Origin: an uncultured Ktedonobacteraceae bacterium | GTDB lineage: Bacteria > Chloroflexota > Ktedonobacteria > Ktedonobacterales > Ktedonobacteraceae | NCBI GenBank assembly: GCA_964250225.1 | Contig: CAXUEY010000002.1 | Span: forward strand, 17,231 to 81,230 | Direction: 5' to 3' | Length of the DNA: 64,000 nucleotides | In this document: in pieces, positions 63,560 to 64,000 of the stretch | How positions within the stretch are numbered: position 1 is the stretch's first letter | Layout: the number at the start of each line of letters is the position of its first letter | The notes under the pieces: model-generated | Seen by the model: only the letters and a program-made list of their open reading frames with translations | Told to the model about the DNA's origin: nothing | The model's database searches: none | Made by a program: the position numbers and the translations under genes

Positions 63560-63892
63560 ATAATTTCCCTTCTTCCTTGTCTAAAAGCTATGTATTAGCG
63601 CAAAGTTGATACTTCTCTTCTAATACGAAAGAGCTGAGTAAAATGGAGACTATTCTGACTAACGGTTCAACCTGCTTCCCATTGCTGAAGGCGGAAAACA
63701 ACGGGCTGGGCCAGTAGCCCTGGCAGAGCGGAAACCATCCAGGAAACGAGAAGCGGCGAGGTCGCCACGCAAAAATCCCCCTGTAAGACGGAAATATCGG
63801 CTGTCTTTCCTCTTGACACCTCATCTATACTATTGTTGAGTACGATACATCAAGAAAGAGCGAGGTACAGGACACATGAAAGGATCATCATT

Positions 63893-64000
63893 ATGCAAAC
63901 GCTGTTCGCCAACATTATTTTTGCTATCGTCGTCGGCATTCCCAACGCGCTGATCCTCGTCATGCTGCTCAACGCCTGGTCACTGCGCAATATCGAGCCA
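63893..64000 (+). CDS. 5' fragment of a membrane protein gene (runs off the window)
   Basis: ATG 63893 follows GAAAGGA. The 36 codons 'MQTLFANIIFAIVVGIPNALILVMLLNAWSLRNIEP' are hydrophobic, and the frame is open to the window end. Confidence 0.35.
   Translation, partial: MQTLFANIIFAIVVGIPNALILVMLLNAWSLRNIEP

Noticed and set aside
63560-63892. Possible riboswitch or structured leader in the 330-bp region before the last partial gene; also the 78-aa - strand ORF at 63588-63824
   Set aside because: I could not match any riboswitch consensus I know (B12, c-di-GMP, Mn, TPP, SAM). The ORF has no support and looks like a shadow frame.
1-64000. Search for mobile elements, prophage, integrase/att sites, tRNA/rRNA genes and CRISPR arrays
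   Set aside because: No transposase, integrase or recombinase motifs appear in any frame, there are no cloverleaf-like tRNA candidates, and there are no regularly spaced direct repeats. The low-GC polysaccharide island has no recognisable mobility genes or flanking direct repeats that I could see.

Overview
64-kb chromosomal window with about 55 protein-coding genes. I found no rRNA, tRNA, CRISPR array, transposase, integrase or phage genes. All family calls come from motifs read in the supplied translations, because no database search was possible.

Hand counts on a few 60-nt lines put background GC at roughly 55-65%. The gene content includes TM-anchored Ser/Thr kinases with WD40 repeats, ECF sigma factors, an LLM-type oxidoreductase, a BBE-type oxidase and many GNATs. 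That fits a large-genome soil monoderm, either Chloroflexota/Ktedonobacteria-like or actinomycete-like. This placement is inference only.

Layout:
- 0-16 kb: mixed metabolism and envelope genes. These include a GH15 fragment, DedA, DUF402, an orphan beta-class DNA methyltransferase, an L,D-transpeptidase, a GlcD-like FAD oxidase, a membrane-fused Mo-oxidoreductase, and an ECF sigma operon with a degenerate M48-like membrane partner.
- 16.1-26.3 kb: a lower-GC (about 42-50%) Wzx/Wzy-type polysaccharide locus. It contains tightly coupled genes and an unlisted 43-aa membrane ORF.
- 27.4-32.1 kb: two divergent regulator-MFS pairs. One regulator is an ECF sigma with a C-terminal extension carrying two predicted zinc ribbons.
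- 32.2-41.9 kb: a signalling neighbourhood. It holds two unknown membrane proteins, a predicted pseudokinase directly upstream of a NarL-type two-component pair, and an active STK-TM-WD40 kinase translationally coupled to a permuted papain-like protein.
- 42-64 kb: housekeeping and accessory genes. These include CaCA, LLM plus class-V aminotransferase, a tandem GNAT, AraC, VOC, a UvrD-type helicase, a Zn-ADH, DJ-1, DLH and a YcaQ-like glycosylase. They also include a lipid kinase, PAP2, and a GH1 with a duplicated C-terminal module.

The best candidates for something undescribed are the pseudokinase-HK-RR module, the STK-WD40/papain-like pair and the zinc-ribbon ECF sigma-MFS pair. None of these can be shown to be a novel system from sequence alone.
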